The notes: generated by a model from the letters alone, not told the origin. A DNA stretch of 64,000 nucleotides from Octopus bimaculoides (GCF_001194135.2 NC_068995.1:10924383-10988382), one strand, 5' to 3'; positions 12,232 through 25,398 are shown, counted from the stretch's first letter. Numbers and translations: made by a program.

Positions 12232-12881
12232 TAATAATAATAATAATGATAACACCAGCAACAAAGTGTGAGTCATATGAAGCCTGTGAACATTATATAA
12301 TTAAAGTGTTAACACAGACACAATGAAACTGCAAGTGAGGCATATCATTAACTAGATTTCATTGCATGGTGGAACATGATGGAATATGGCGGAATATGGT
12401 GTCACATGGTGGAAGGGCAGGCACATGTTGCTGCTGTAATATGTTTCAATTAAGCCTTGTACGAAGGATAGTATAACTTTAACACGTACGTAAGTTAAGC
12501 CGAAAGTCTGGCAAAGTTAATTGATAGCAGACAGTGTGTCAGACAAAATGGTTTCGTAAATGTACCCATCTTTTTTTTGTCTTTTACTTGTTTCAATCAT
12601 TAGACTGTGGCCATGCTGGGGCACTGTCTCGAAGTCTTTAGTCAAAACAAATCAACCTTGGTATTTGTTTCATTTTTACATGGAGGTGCATGGCTTAGTG
12701 GTTAGAGTGTTCAGCTCATGATTGGAAGATTGTGGTTTCGATTCCTGGACCATTGTATTCTTGAGCAAGTCAGTCCATTTCAAATTGCTCTAGGGAGGAA
12801 TATATATGCCAGAAAACTAACCCTATCACTCTTCACTGAGTGATTTGGACTAACCATTTCTTTTATTGTTTTTGTTTTTTG

Positions 12882-13099
12882 TAACCCTATTGCATTTAGA
12901 TGGCTCTGTTAAATGTAATGCTTATTTATTGACATTTTGAATTAATCATGCATTATTGCGTAATTACAAGATTTTAACGATGCGACTGTTTTTATCTTTA
13001 GAATAACATTGCGTGAGATGCCAGATCTGGCCAGTTTAAACATAAAACTGATAGAATATTTGGGCCTGATATGGTACAATCTAAATGCCAAAGGGTTTA
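12882..13099 (-). mobile_element. piggyBac-like (TTAA-ended) MITE
   Basis: taaccctattgcattt...aaatgccaaagggtttaa termini; reverse homologue of 29150-29397. Confidence 0.7.
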
Positions 13100-13374
13100 A
13101 ATCTGGTCCCTATTCTATTGATCTCTTATCATACCACTCAGTCATGGTGATGTAAACAAACACTCGTTGTCTAGTAGCAGTGTAGGGGACAAAGAAAAAC
13201 ACACATTTTTATACAACAGGCTTCCTTCAATTTCTGTCCACTCACAAGGTGTTATTCAGCCTAGGGTTGTAGTAGAAGACATTTGCCAAAGTTGCTGTGC
13301 ACCAAGGCTGAAACTGAGACCATTTTGATGGGAAACCATCTTCTTAACCCCACAGCTATTGCCTGCCCCTAGAT

Positions 13375-13664
13375 CAGTGGTTCTCAACCTTTTAAATATC
13401 CAGGTCAGATCCCAAACCTGGATTTTTGCAGGGGAAGGGGCTGCATCAAGTAAAGTAAAAAAAAAAAGTTAATTGATGGAAAATTTATTATATATATAGA
13501 GGGATCAGACTGGAGCCTGGTACAGCCCAGTCAAACCGTCCAACCCATGCCAGCATGGAAAATGGACATTAAACGATGACGATGATGAGGGAAGACAATC
13601 AGGGGCTGCTGGAAGGATGCTTGAGGGCTGCATGTGGCCCTGGAAGTTGTGGTTGGGAACTGCA
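13375..13664 (+). mobile_element. Degenerate hAT-like MITE interrupted by a family D fragment (13505-13587)
   Basis: cagtggttctcaacc left end; degenerate ggttgggaactg right end. Confidence 0.4.
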
Positions 13665-14424
13665 GGGTTGGATTGTCTTTTGAAAATGAGTGGTGGTCAG
13701 TATATGCTATATTTTATATACAAAGCGGTGAGTTGAGAGTCAGCAGAATATCAATTCAATATTAGACATTGCTGTCCTTTGTGCACTGTGCTCAAATTCT
13801 GTCATTGTCAGCTTTGCATTTCACTCTTCTAGGGGTTGATAAATAAAATACCACTTTTTTCTCTCTGGAAGGAATTCATTGTGTACAGATCTGGAGAGAC
13901 ATGGTGGGTTCTGCCAGGTGTAAATNNNNNNNNNNNNNNNNNNNNNNNNNNNNNNNNNNNNNNNNNNNNNNNNNNNNNNNNNNNNNNNNNNNNNNNNNNN
14001 NNNNNNNNNNNNNNNNNNNNNNNNNNNNNNNNNNNNNNNNNNNNNNNNNNNNNNNNNNNNNNNNNNNNNNNNNNNNNNNNNNNNNNNNNNNNNNNNNNNN
14101 NNNNNNNNNNNNNNNNNNNNNNNNNNNNNNNNNNNNNNNNNNNNNNNNNNNNNNNNNNNNNNNNNNNNNNNNNNNNNNNNNNNNNNNNNNNNNNNNNNNN
14201 NNNNNNNNNNNNNNNNNNNNNNNNNNNNNNNNNNNNNNNNNNNNNNNNNNNNNNNNNNNNNNNNNNNNNNNNNNNNNNNNNNNNNNNNNNNNNNNNNNNN
14301 NNNNNNNNNNNNNNNNNNNNNNNNNNNNNNNNNNNNNNNNNNNNNNNNNNNNNNNNNNNNNNNNNNNNNNNNNNNNNNNNNNNNNNNNNNNNNNNNNNNN
14401 NNNNNNNNNNNNNNNNNNNATATA

Positions 14425-14465
<41 letters not shown>

Positions 14466-15137
14466 GCATCCATGAGTATATATAATAAGTATGCATGTAT
14501 ATATATTTTTGTTAAAAAGCAGAATGAATCCTAAACATCCTGATGACTGATTCATTTCAAAAGATAATTTATTGATGATATCCTGCAAAGAAAGTCCTTG
14601 TCTCTCATACACAGAACTTAAATAGGTTATCATGTAGCAAAATAAGCTTGTCTATTTGAGCTTTATAAACGAATTGTCAGAATTCTTTAGATTCAATAAT
14701 TCTGAACAGAAATTTCATGAGTGCTTCGCTGAAATAACTTTTAGCTGATGAGATTAGCATAACTTACATTGATACACTTACCACATTAAATACATCTATC
14801 AACACAAAGAAAGAATTCTATGAAATGTTCATAGATCAATAGACAAGATTTTCTGCACTAAAAATAAAATAGAAAAAAAAAAAACCAATAATAAAAATGC
14901 TAAATATAAAGACTTTTTTTTTTTAATGTTGTAAGCAAGGCATAGCTGTGTGGTTAAGAAGCTTACTTCCCAAGTCATGTGATTTTCTGGGGTTTAACCC
15001 CCCACTGTGCAACACCTGGGGGCAAGGGTCTTCTGCTTTAACGCCAAACTGACTAAAGTCTTGTGAGTGTATGTGGTAGATAGAAACTAAAAGAAGTCTA
15101 TTGTATGTATGTATGTGTGTATGTATGTATGTATGTG

Positions 15138-15350
15138 TTATTTCTTTACTGCCGACGATGGGCTATGCACAGAGGGGACAAACAAGGACAGACAACGATC
15201 CCAGTGCGTAACTGGTACTTATTTAATCGACCCCGAAAGGATGGAAGGCAAAGTCGACCTCGGCGGAATTTGAACTCAGAACGTAACGGCAGACTAAATA
15301 CCGCTAAACATTTCGCCCGGCGTGCTAACGTTTCTGCCAGCTCGCCGCCT
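15138..15350 (-). mobile_element. tRNA-derived SINE, family B (Meta-domain-like)
   Basis: Reverse of aggcggcgagctggcagaaacgttagc...gagttcaaattcc...gccttccatcctttcggggtcgattaaataagtaccag, which as recalled resembles the MetaSINE central domain. Confidence 0.85.
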
Positions 15351-16195
15351 TGTATGTATGTGTGTATGTATGTATGTATATGTGTGTTTGTGTGTGTTAG
15401 TTCCACCTGCCACCATTGCTTGACAACCGGTGTTGGTTTGTTTATGTCCCTATACCTCAACACTTCAGCAAAAAAGGCCAATGGAATAAGTACCAGGCTT
15501 TTAAAAGAAAAAAAGTGTTTTTGTAGGGGGAGGGGGGGGGCAAATTGTTTGAATGAACCCTTTTTAAGCAATGCTCCAGCCTGGTCATTGTCCAATAACT
15601 GAAACAAGTAAAAGATAAAAGATGTATTAGTTGCAAGCATGGCTGTGTAGTTAAGAAGTTCACTTCCTAATCGCATGGTTTCAGGTTCAGTCCTACTGCA
15701 TGGCACCCTGAAAGGGTTTGAAAAGGGGACAGACACAGCCCCTTACTCCTGAATGAAACCATAAATAAATAAAACAACCTGGTGGGCAAGAGTTCAATGT
15801 CTGGGTTAGTTGATATCATCATCATCATCATCATCGTTTAACGTCCGCTTTCCATGCTNNNNNNNNNNTATATATATATATGCATATATATATCTGTAAA
15901 TATATCTATATCTCTGTGTGTTTGTGCGTGTGTGTGTATACAGGAGTTAAGGAATGGAGTAGAAAAGTCCTGGGCTACATATATTTCATAGTGAGCAGAA
16001 CGTCGGAAGTGGTAGATATCCAAGCGAAGTGTATATTGCAGGTTACTCGTCAGGCCAAGAGTATCTTGATTAAACGAAAGTTTACATTGTCACAAGGAGG
16101 GACATGCTAACTTGTGGAAGATTTGATCAGAGCGTGATCGATTCTTGTGTATACATACATACATATATATGTGTGTGTGTGTGTGTATGTGTGTG

Positions 16196-16460
16196 TGTGT
16201 GGCATGTAAAACACACCATTTTGAGCGTGGCTGTTGCCAGTACCGCCTGACTGGCCTTCGTGCGGGTTACACGTAAAAGCACTCACTACACTCTCGGAGT
16301 GGTTGGCGTTAGGAAGGGCATCCAGCTGTAGAAACTCTGCCAAATCAGATTGGAGCCTGGTGCAGCCATCCGGTTTCACCAGTACTCAGTCAAATCGTCC
16401 AACCCATGCTAGCATGGAAAGCAGACATTAAACGATGATGATGATGATGATGATGATGAT
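16196..16460 (+). mobile_element. Family D retroposon with (GAT)n tail
   Basis: Highly similar to 33141-33492, 40706-41061 and 58926-59120. Confidence 0.9.
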
Positions 16461-17419
16461 ATATATATATATATATATATACTCTTCTGTGGTTCGAGTG
16501 GAAAGAATGACTAGTTTCACAAGTCGAAGAATGACTTATAGAACATCCTTGGTATGGACAACAGAATAGTATCAGTATTGTAAGTAATATTCAGTGGAAA
16601 GTTCCTACTAGACAGGGATGGGCTAAGAGAAGCTGAAGGCCAGGCTTGTATCACAATGTGTTACCAAGGGAAAGTTCCTACAGGATGAGGAGGTGACTTA
16701 TAGATGTAAGAGATCTAACTTCTACCACAATGTGTTTTCAATAAATGCTATATTTTTAGTGGAATTCCTAAGTTTGGTTAAGTTTGTGTGTCATAGTGAG
16801 GTGATGGTGGTGTGAGGGAAGAGAAGAATCTAATGTCTTGGGATTGAGAGGGAATAAAAAAATTGCTTTTCAACTTGAAGAATTTTTTCTTCTCTCAAGA
16901 TGAAAGTTCAATTCAAAAATTCCAGATTCCTCTTTTCCCAATGGTGTACAAACCTACCAAAAATTATGAACTTCATCCATTTTAATTCTTACCAATGCAA
17001 ACCACCGTCAATTCGCAAACCAATAGGGAGGCTATGATTTGGCTGCATGATTTGCTAAAAATAGCATCTAAACTTTTCCTAGATTATGTTCCACTGTCTT
17101 GAATGGTGTAGTGTTGGGATCACTGTGTAGGAATAACACAGGATGGTCATGGATAGAATACTTTTGATAATCGATCTGCTCAGTCAGGGTTGACTCGGAC
17201 CCAAACAATAACAAGAGCAACAGTATGTGTATATTCATGCATATTCATGCGTACAATGGAACCTAAATGTGGCTGCTTGACCTGTTAAAAATAGCAGCTC
17301 AATCTCCCTTCAATCACATCAAACTGTCTTGGAAAGGTCACTTAGGATAATGTAGGTCTAGATTGTCTGCATGTAAGGAAAAAGATAGAATGGCCATAGC
17401 TAGAATGACTTAGGTCAGC

Positions 17420-18020
17420 TTGAGTTCAAATTCCACCAAGCTCGACTTTGCCTGTCATCTTTTTGTGGTTGATAAAATTAGTACCAGTACCTGTTGGGGT
17501 TGATAAAATAAGTACCAGTTGAACACTGGGGTCGATGTAGTCAACTTACCCCTCTCCCATAATTACTGGCTTTGTGCCAGAATTTGAAACTAATATTATC
17601 ATCTTTAAGGCAGCAATTTGGCAGACAAAATGCTTAGTGGCAATTTATCCATCTTTACATTCCGAGTTCAAATTCTGTTGAGGTAAACTTTGCTTTTCAT
17701 CCTTTTGGGGTCGATAAAATAAGTACCACTTGAGCATAGGAGTCGTTGTAATCAATTTAACACCTGCCCCGAAATTTCTGGCTTTGGGTCAAAATTTGAA
17801 ACAAATATTCTTTTCTTCTCTAGGTACAAAGCCTGACATTCTTGGGGAGTGGGCCAGTCAATTAGATTGACTCCAGTATGCAACTGGTACTTAATTTATC
17901 AACTCCTAAAGGATGATAGGCAAAGTCAACCATGGCAGAATTTGAACTCAGAATGTAAAGACAGATGAAATACCGCTAAGCATTTCGCCCCATGTGCTAA
18001 TGTTTCTGCCAGCTCGCCTT
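17420..18020. mobile_element. Cluster of three family B SINEs (two +, one -)
   Basis: Repeated gagttcaaatt / ggggtcgataaaataagtacc motifs. Confidence 0.8.
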
Positions 18021-19074
18021 AAAATTTGAAACAAATATTACCATCCTCTTCATGTGTACAGGTAAAATACCTGTACAGAGCCTTTTTTTGTGGTGTGAAG
18101 AGTTTTTATCTTCTGGATCTTTACTGAGGTATGCTAGTCCTGGTTTTAGATCAGGAAGTGTTTCTTGGGGTCTTCACTGCTGACCCTGAATGAAAGCGCT
18201 AATGCTGAGTTAAAGAACCATTTTCAGAGGAAGATTTACCATATATATCACAATGATATGGTCTCTCTCTTTTAAGACTGTGTACATAAGTAGTTTATAT
18301 ACCACTCTGAGAGAATAACAATTGTAGGATGTTATTTACTTTAGTGAAGGGGACAAACACAAAAGTAATTTCCAAATCTTTTTTTGCTGACCCCAAGAAG
18401 GGTTTTGGCAGAAGGTAATACTCCAGGATCTGGTAAACACTGAGAAATTTAAGGGTAAATGAATGAGTTGTGGAGGGTGTTTCAAAACCCATATACAAGA
18501 TGTTTATAACCAAAGTAAGGAATGGTAGAAAATTTGGAATGATGATACATGAATAAGCAATGTATAAGGTTGGTTGTAGTGCAAAATGAGGGGGGGGGGA
18601 AGTATATTAATTCCTGGCATTATGGATAAAGGAAAAAAAAATGGGCGTAAATTTAATGAGGGTTATGGTGATTGTGATAATGATGATGATGACGACGACG
18701 ATGATGAAAATAGTGATGTAATCAAAGCACACTTCTGAAAACGGTCTTGATGTAGATGCTGATATGAAGGTTTGACATTCGAATATTGCTGTTCCAAATA
18801 TTAAAAGAATTTGTAATTTAAAAAAAAAAAGGAGGGGGGGGGGGGGCGAGATAAAAAAAATATAAGATAAAATTATGTAAATCTAAACAAAAACTAAAAT
18901 CTGAATCTGAAATGTTAAAATGAAATATCTGTGACTAAGAAAACAAAAAATAGCTGAAATTCTCACTGGAATTAAAGTTTCTCGTTACACAGAATTCTGA
19001 AAGATTGTTTGTTTCTTTTGATTTTAAATTTATTATCAAACAGTGGGACAAAAAACAATAAGCAAAGAAAGAAA

Positions 19075-19111
<37 letters not shown>

Positions 19112-19113
<2 letters not shown>

Positions 19114-19375
19114 GATGCCTTGTTGCCAACTGAATGTGGCAATCCCAGTAAAGGGAAGGATGCTACTGCTATTTAGCTCCAGGAAACACCGTTTCCAGTT
19201 GGCTACGTGACACAAGCGTGCTTTGTCCCTATGTTTTCAAACAGGGGAGATAAGCACCTCCACCCAACAAAGCCAGCTTCTAGAGAGTAGTTTCAGAGCT
19301 ACTCCAGACTGATGAAGAGCAATTATTCTGAAACCAGTCTCTGGATGCTGACTTTGTCGGGTAGAGGTTTTTTTA
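19112..19375 (+). mobile_element. ~260-bp structured element carrying a canonical HHR
   Basis: Starts next to (AT)n and ends in T7; internal 21-bp inverted repeat 19257-19277/19347-19367; left boundary is a guess. Confidence 0.5.
19303..19345 (+). ncRNA. Type I hammerhead ribozyme, canonical core
   Basis: tccaga-CTGATGA-aga-gcaattat-tct-GAAA-c-ca-g-TC-tctgga; perfect 6-bp stem I, GUC cleavage triplet. Confidence 0.8.
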
Positions 19376-19837
19376 TAAAATACCTCAAAAAAGTAAATGT
19401 AATCTTTTACTTTCTGCTACATTATATTTGTCATGGTACCAGTTATATAATGGTGCCACTTTAATTCACAGCATCCTCAGTGATACTGCTAGTTTTACTT
19501 AATAACGTTTGTTTTGCATCCAATTTTTCCATGTCAGTATGGATCAGATAAATACATTATTGAGGCATTGTTTTTCTAGCGAGACACCCTTCCTGACATT
19601 AACTCTTGCTTTCTTTTCCAAGTAAGGGACCACATATTCCACACAGCCCTTGAAGGTACGAAGTGACTGAATGATTTGTTGACAGGAGAACCAGGCAACA
19701 GCATCGTGCATACGGCACTTTTCACACAAGCGATTGCAGGTGTAACGAAGCATACACTTTAGTGAATTACAGGTGTTTATATCATATGATAGCCTTAAGA
19801 GTAACTTATGAGCGAATCCCTCATCATTATTAATAAT

Positions 19838-20051
19838 CCTTTCTGGTAAAGGCACAGAGCCTGAAATTTTAGGGGAGGGGACTAGTCAATTATATTGACC
19901 CCAGTGTTTCACTGGTACTTAATTCAGCAACCCCGAAAGGATTAAAGGCAAAGTCGACCTTGGCAGCATTTGAACTCGGGATGTAAAGACAGACAAAATG
20001 CCGCTAAGCATTTTGCCCAATATTCTAACAATTCTGTTAGCTTCCCACCTT
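19838..20051 (-). mobile_element. Family B SINE
   Basis: Meta-like domain and (ATT)n tail. Confidence 0.8.
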
Positions 20052-20513
20052 AAAATTAATAATAATGATGATGATGATGATGATAAAAATAATAAGAAGA
20101 AGAATAATATTTTCTGTGTAGTCTCAAATTTTAAAACAAACGCATAATTTTCTTATGGTTTCTTAAACATTCTCTAGAACAACACCATGTACAAAACCAA
20201 TTTATAAGACACCCTAAGCATAACACCAACATGAACTTCTAACTTGTTGTCTCTTGAGGTCTCTGGGTGAGACTTGGATCCAACTTGTACAAATACAAAC
20301 ATATCATAATAATAACAACACCAATGATAATAATAATCATAGCAACAACCATAATAATAATAATAATAATCCTTTCTAATAATAGAAAGGATTAATAGCA
20401 AAAATAATGTGAGATGAAGGGCATGCCTCAACAAAATTCTGTCCAACCCATGCAAGCACTGGAAAAATGGACATTAAATGATGAAGGTGGCGGCGACGAC
20501 GACGGCGGCGGCG

Positions 20514-20544
<31 letters not shown>

Positions 20545-20941
20545 NNNNNNNNNNNNNNNNNNNNNNNNNNNNNNNNNNNNNNNNNNNNNNNNNNNNNNNN
20601 NNNNNNNNNNNNNNNNNNNNNNNNNNNNNNNNNNNNNNNNNNNNNNNNNNNNNNNNNNNNNNNNNNNNNNNNNNNNNNNNNNNNNNNNNNNNNNNNNNNN
20701 NNNNNNNNNNNNNNNNNNNNNNNNNNNNNNNNNNNNNNNNNNNNNNNNNNNNNNNNNNNNNNNNNNNNNNNNNNNNNNNNNNNNNNNNNNNNNNNNNNNN
20801 NNNNNNNNNNNNNNNNNNNNNNNNNNNNNNNNNNNNNNNNNNNNNNNNNNNNNNNNNNNNNNNNNNNNNNNNNNNNNNNNNNNNNNNNNNNNNNNNNNNN
20901 NNNNNNNNNNNNNNNNNNNNNNNNNNNNNNNNNNNNNNNNN

Positions 20942-20977
<36 letters not shown>

Positions 20978-21097
20978 TGATGATGATGATGAATAATAAT
21001 ATCATCGAGAGACATAACAATTTCAGAAATGGATTTTTGTGATGGTACAGTGACCAATATCATTTCTAAAGAATGTAGGTTTTTCAACATATCAGTG

Positions 21098-21128
<31 letters not shown>

Positions 21129-22174
21129 TTACATGTATAGTTATACATACAGACACCAATACATGCACATACACCCTCTATCTCTCTCTCTCTCACACAC
21201 ACACACATATAAACAGTCTTATTTATGTGCATCTCTGACCATGGTAATTCTAACTATAGTGCCAAATTTAGAAATTGGACAGAACAGTGCAACTTTTGTC
21301 TTGTCTTAGAGACAGTTGCCATGATAATCTGAGACATCAAGTCTGCTTGAATTCTAAACAAAAACGATTTAAGATTCCATTTCAATCTATTACCACATGC
21401 CTAAATTTTTGTGCTCAAAATTCAGGAAAAGATTATGTTGAAGAATTCAATACGAAGACGGACAGACATACAGTATCATGATGTCTGTGAATGTCTAATG
21501 CATAAATTCTCAATATTCTTGAGTTCCTGTAACATTGGAAATCATACAAAAAATTCCTGCTGCATTTTTTCTCATCTTTTCTCATTTACTTGTTTCAATC
21601 ATTGAAGCGTGGCCATGCTGGGGCATCACCTTGAAAGGTTTAGTTGAACAAACTGATTCCAGAACAAATCATTTTTTTTATTAAATCAGGTACTTATTTC
21701 TCTTGGTGTTTTTGTTAGCTTACAGCTATAAACTCCAATGAAGCTACAGGGTGATACTCAAGCACTCAGCCATGAGCGCATTGCATCTTATATAGCAGAA
21801 ACAACTGTAAGCTAATGAAGCACATAATAAAATTGTTTATTTCATCCTAATTTCTTATATAAATATACAAACAGACAGATAAATAAAGAGCCGGAACATT
21901 GACACACAAACACACACAAATACAAAAATTACACATAGCATATTTAAAAGGCATATAAGATGCATTGTTCCCTACCACCCAAAATGTCTCAAAATAGCAC
22001 ACCCACCACCCACCACGCACTGTCCTATGTGCAAAGTTGGGCTTCCCATAATCTTCAATACACAAAAACACTTTTTCCCTGAACATGCGCAGTTGAAAGT
22101 TAGATGCATCTGATATTCCCGTGTGTTTTAAGCCATCAAATACACTAATCACATAAGTAGAACACATGAATATA

Positions 22175-22207
<33 letters not shown>

Positions 22208-23054
22208 NNNNNNNNNNNNNNNNNNNNNNNNNNNNNNNNNNNNNNNNNNNNNNNNNNNNNNNNNNNNNNNNNNNNNNNNNNNNNNNNNNNNNNNNNNNNN
22301 NNNNNNNNNNNNNNNNNNNNNNNNNNNNNNNNNAACAACATATAATGCATACACACTTGAATGTATGCATCTCTGATATAAAAAGGTTATGTTTACCTTG
22401 AATGCTTAAGATTATGTTGTGAAATAAAGACAACATTCCAATTAGTAAAACGTCCAATGGTCTTCAAGTGTGACAAATACAGGAAACCGCAGGGTGAAGA
22501 ATTCAGGAATGAAAAAGAGAAAAAGAAAGAACGGAATGAAACAATGGCAAAACAAGAGATATAATATATAAGAATTTTAAATGATGAAAAAGATAAGCAG
22601 ATGAAAACAAGTTCGTGTGTGTGTGTGTGTGTGGTCATTTGATGTTTGTTTTCCATGCAGGCATGGGTTAAAAGATTTTACAGGAGTTGGCAAATCAGAA
22701 GACTGCACTAAGTTCTGCTGTGTCTGCTTTGGTGTAGTTTCTACCGTTGGATGCACTTCCTAATGACAAAGAGTTCTACAAAGTGTGCTGTGCGCTTTTA
22801 ACATGGTGCCAGAAGCAGTGAGGTCACCATGCAAGTTACAAGACATCCACCTCCATTGCCCTCTTCATCTGAGATGTAGAGTCACAGTAATCCAATACAG
22901 ATGATGAGCACTCTCAACTGTACTGCTGACAATTCATGGATTTTATTTTACTGAAATGAGTCAGTCCACTTTTGATCCTGTGGGGGTGGTCACAATTCTT
23001 CCACCACAGTATCTTTTATTAACTTATGAATACCGATGGTTTTGTATGACTGAT

Positions 23055-23725
23055 GAGTCTGGGACATTTACCCCACCATGGACAATAACCCTGCAAGGAC
23101 AATTACCCCTAAGGACAACAACCCCTAGGACAATTACCTGCTATGATAATTACCCCTAAGCAGTTAACCCCCCGATGTGAACCATATTTTCTGGTGTATA
23201 AACCGCTATGTTTTACCTGGGAAATTTAGTGTGTGGGTTAGAGAAAGGTGTGCCTAAGGTGTGTATTTTTTATAAGTTTCATGAGGAAAATAATTTGCAT
23301 ATGGAGATCAACTGATTCCACTGATATTTTCAGAATGAAAGGTCACTTGGTGAACAACATGAGAGACAACTGCTACAGTACATTGGTGCCCGGAAGAAAA
23401 CAAAGCATATTTGTTTTGTTTTACCTTCATATTTTGATAACGTTATTTTTAATCTAATAAAGACTTTAATATTGAAGAAATGTGTTTGTTGTTGATTACA
23501 TAATAAGATAAAATCATAACGAAAACAATACATCTCAGTTGTAAAATAAGGAATTTTGAAAGTACATACACATCAACAACAAAAAAGCTAGCTGCGGACC
23601 CTATTTGAGAGGAACCGCGTATAATTTGCACTTTTAGATGATGGTACAAAACTTCTTAAATATATTGGAGACAGAGTAATTAACTAAGGTGGGTAATTGT
23701 CCTAAGGAGGTAATAGTCCTGATAC
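23055..23725 (+). mobile_element. Putative non-autonomous DNA transposon with GGACAATTACCC subterminal repeats
   Basis: About 5 tandem ggacaattaccc-like units at 23061-23160; inverted copies gggtaattgtcc and ggtaatagtcc at 23691-23719. Confidence 0.5.
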
Positions 23726-24126
23726 AATTACTGATACATGTTAATGATAATCTTCGGTCAATGTAAGATACTAAGAAATATTTATGAAGGTACAACAATC
23801 TTTAAGTCTCATACAATAACCAAATAAATAATTAAATCTTTTATTCTATTGATGTAATATTGAGTACTACTCTTTCTTTAGTTCAATATACCAATGCATA
23901 TGAATGCATGTGTTTGGGAGTATAAAACACAAACACATGCCTTGTTTTCTAGATACAAACATGAGACATATATAAGAATTCCCTCATGCATGCACGCTAT
24001 GAAATACACACAAAACTAAATATATACATATACACACATACACACTATTTAATAATAGTACACACACACACACACATACATATGTACACACATATACATA
24101 TATATATGTACATATACAAACACACG

Positions 24127-24184
<58 letters not shown>

Positions 24185-24475
24185 NNNNNNNNNNNNNNNN
24201 NNNNNNNNNNNNNNNNNNNNNNNNNNNNNNNNNNNNNNNNNNNNNNNNNNNNNNNNNNNNNNNNNNNNNNNNNNNNNNNNNNNNNNNNNNNNNNNNNNNN
24301 NNNNNNNNNNNNNNNNNNNNNNNNNNNNNNNNNNNNNNNNNNNNNNNNNNNNNNNNNNNNNNNNNNNNNNNNNNNNNNNNNNNNNNNNNNNNNNNNNNNN
24401 NNNNNNNNNNNNNNNNNNNNNNNNNNNNNNNNNNNNNNNNNNNNNNNNNNNNNNNNNNNNNNNNNNNNNNNNNNN

Positions 24476-24521
<46 letters not shown>

Positions 24522-25398
24522 ATATACATTTATACATATATTGTCAATGACTAGTCTCACAGAGTTAAACCTCTTTTGATCCAAGGTAATCTTATTCACA
24601 AGATCACCTAGGATCGAAACAGGATTATCTCCGTAAACTAGTCACCAATAAAAACCAGAAACAAAATAACAAAGAAAAAACAACAAAAAACAACAACAAC
24701 AACGACAACAAAAACCAAAAACAACAACAGAAAATGGAATAAAATGACACACTCCACTTCATGAAGTATTCAGTGGTTACATTCGGTTATGTGAAAGCCT
24801 TGTTCTTACAAACCACAAAGCCATCCACAACACACACAGACACATATCTGTGTGTGCATGAACATGCATGTGTGCACAAGTTTTATTGATACAAATCCTC
24901 AAGCTACTGAACATAACAGCGCTGTATAATGTCAGTTGGCTTCTCAGTAGGGAGAAACTCTGCTAGGCTTTTCCTAAATCACGGTGACTGGTGTTCGGCA
25001 ACCGATGATGGCAATGACCCACAGCAGCAAAGCTAGCTGCATGCATCTATCACACACTCTCTCTCTCTCCTCCACCTCTTTCCCCCACACATCTCTCTCT
25101 CCCCCTCTGGCTCTGTCATTCTTTCCCTGTTTGTCTTCATGTCTTTTTCTCTCTCTTTCTTTCTCTCTCTCTCTGTCTCACTACCCCATCTCTTGCACAC
25201 GCATATACAAACATGTGCAGATATTACACTCACACATATGACGAGGTATTAGGGTTTTATAAATATGTCTGTATATGTAAGTGTAAACATTGACTTCCTA
25301 CGTATAAACAGATATATGCAAACACACACACACAAACACACATATGTATGTATATATGTGTATATCAATGTATGTATATATATGCAATGGTGTTTGTG

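Noticed and set aside
16045-16065. Reverse-strand CTGACGA
   Set aside because: No stem II-GAAA downstream
22445-22563. K/E-rich short ORF VKRPMVFKCDKYRKPQGEEFRNEKEKK
   Set aside because: Purine-rich compositional bias, no acceptor and no homology recognised
23049-23075. CTGATGA-gtc-tgg-gac
   Set aside because: Not followed by GAAA; overlaps the MITE end
24575-24630. Hairpin gatcc...ggatc followed by GAAAC
   Set aside because: No CUGANGA upstream and no cleavage triplet or stem I
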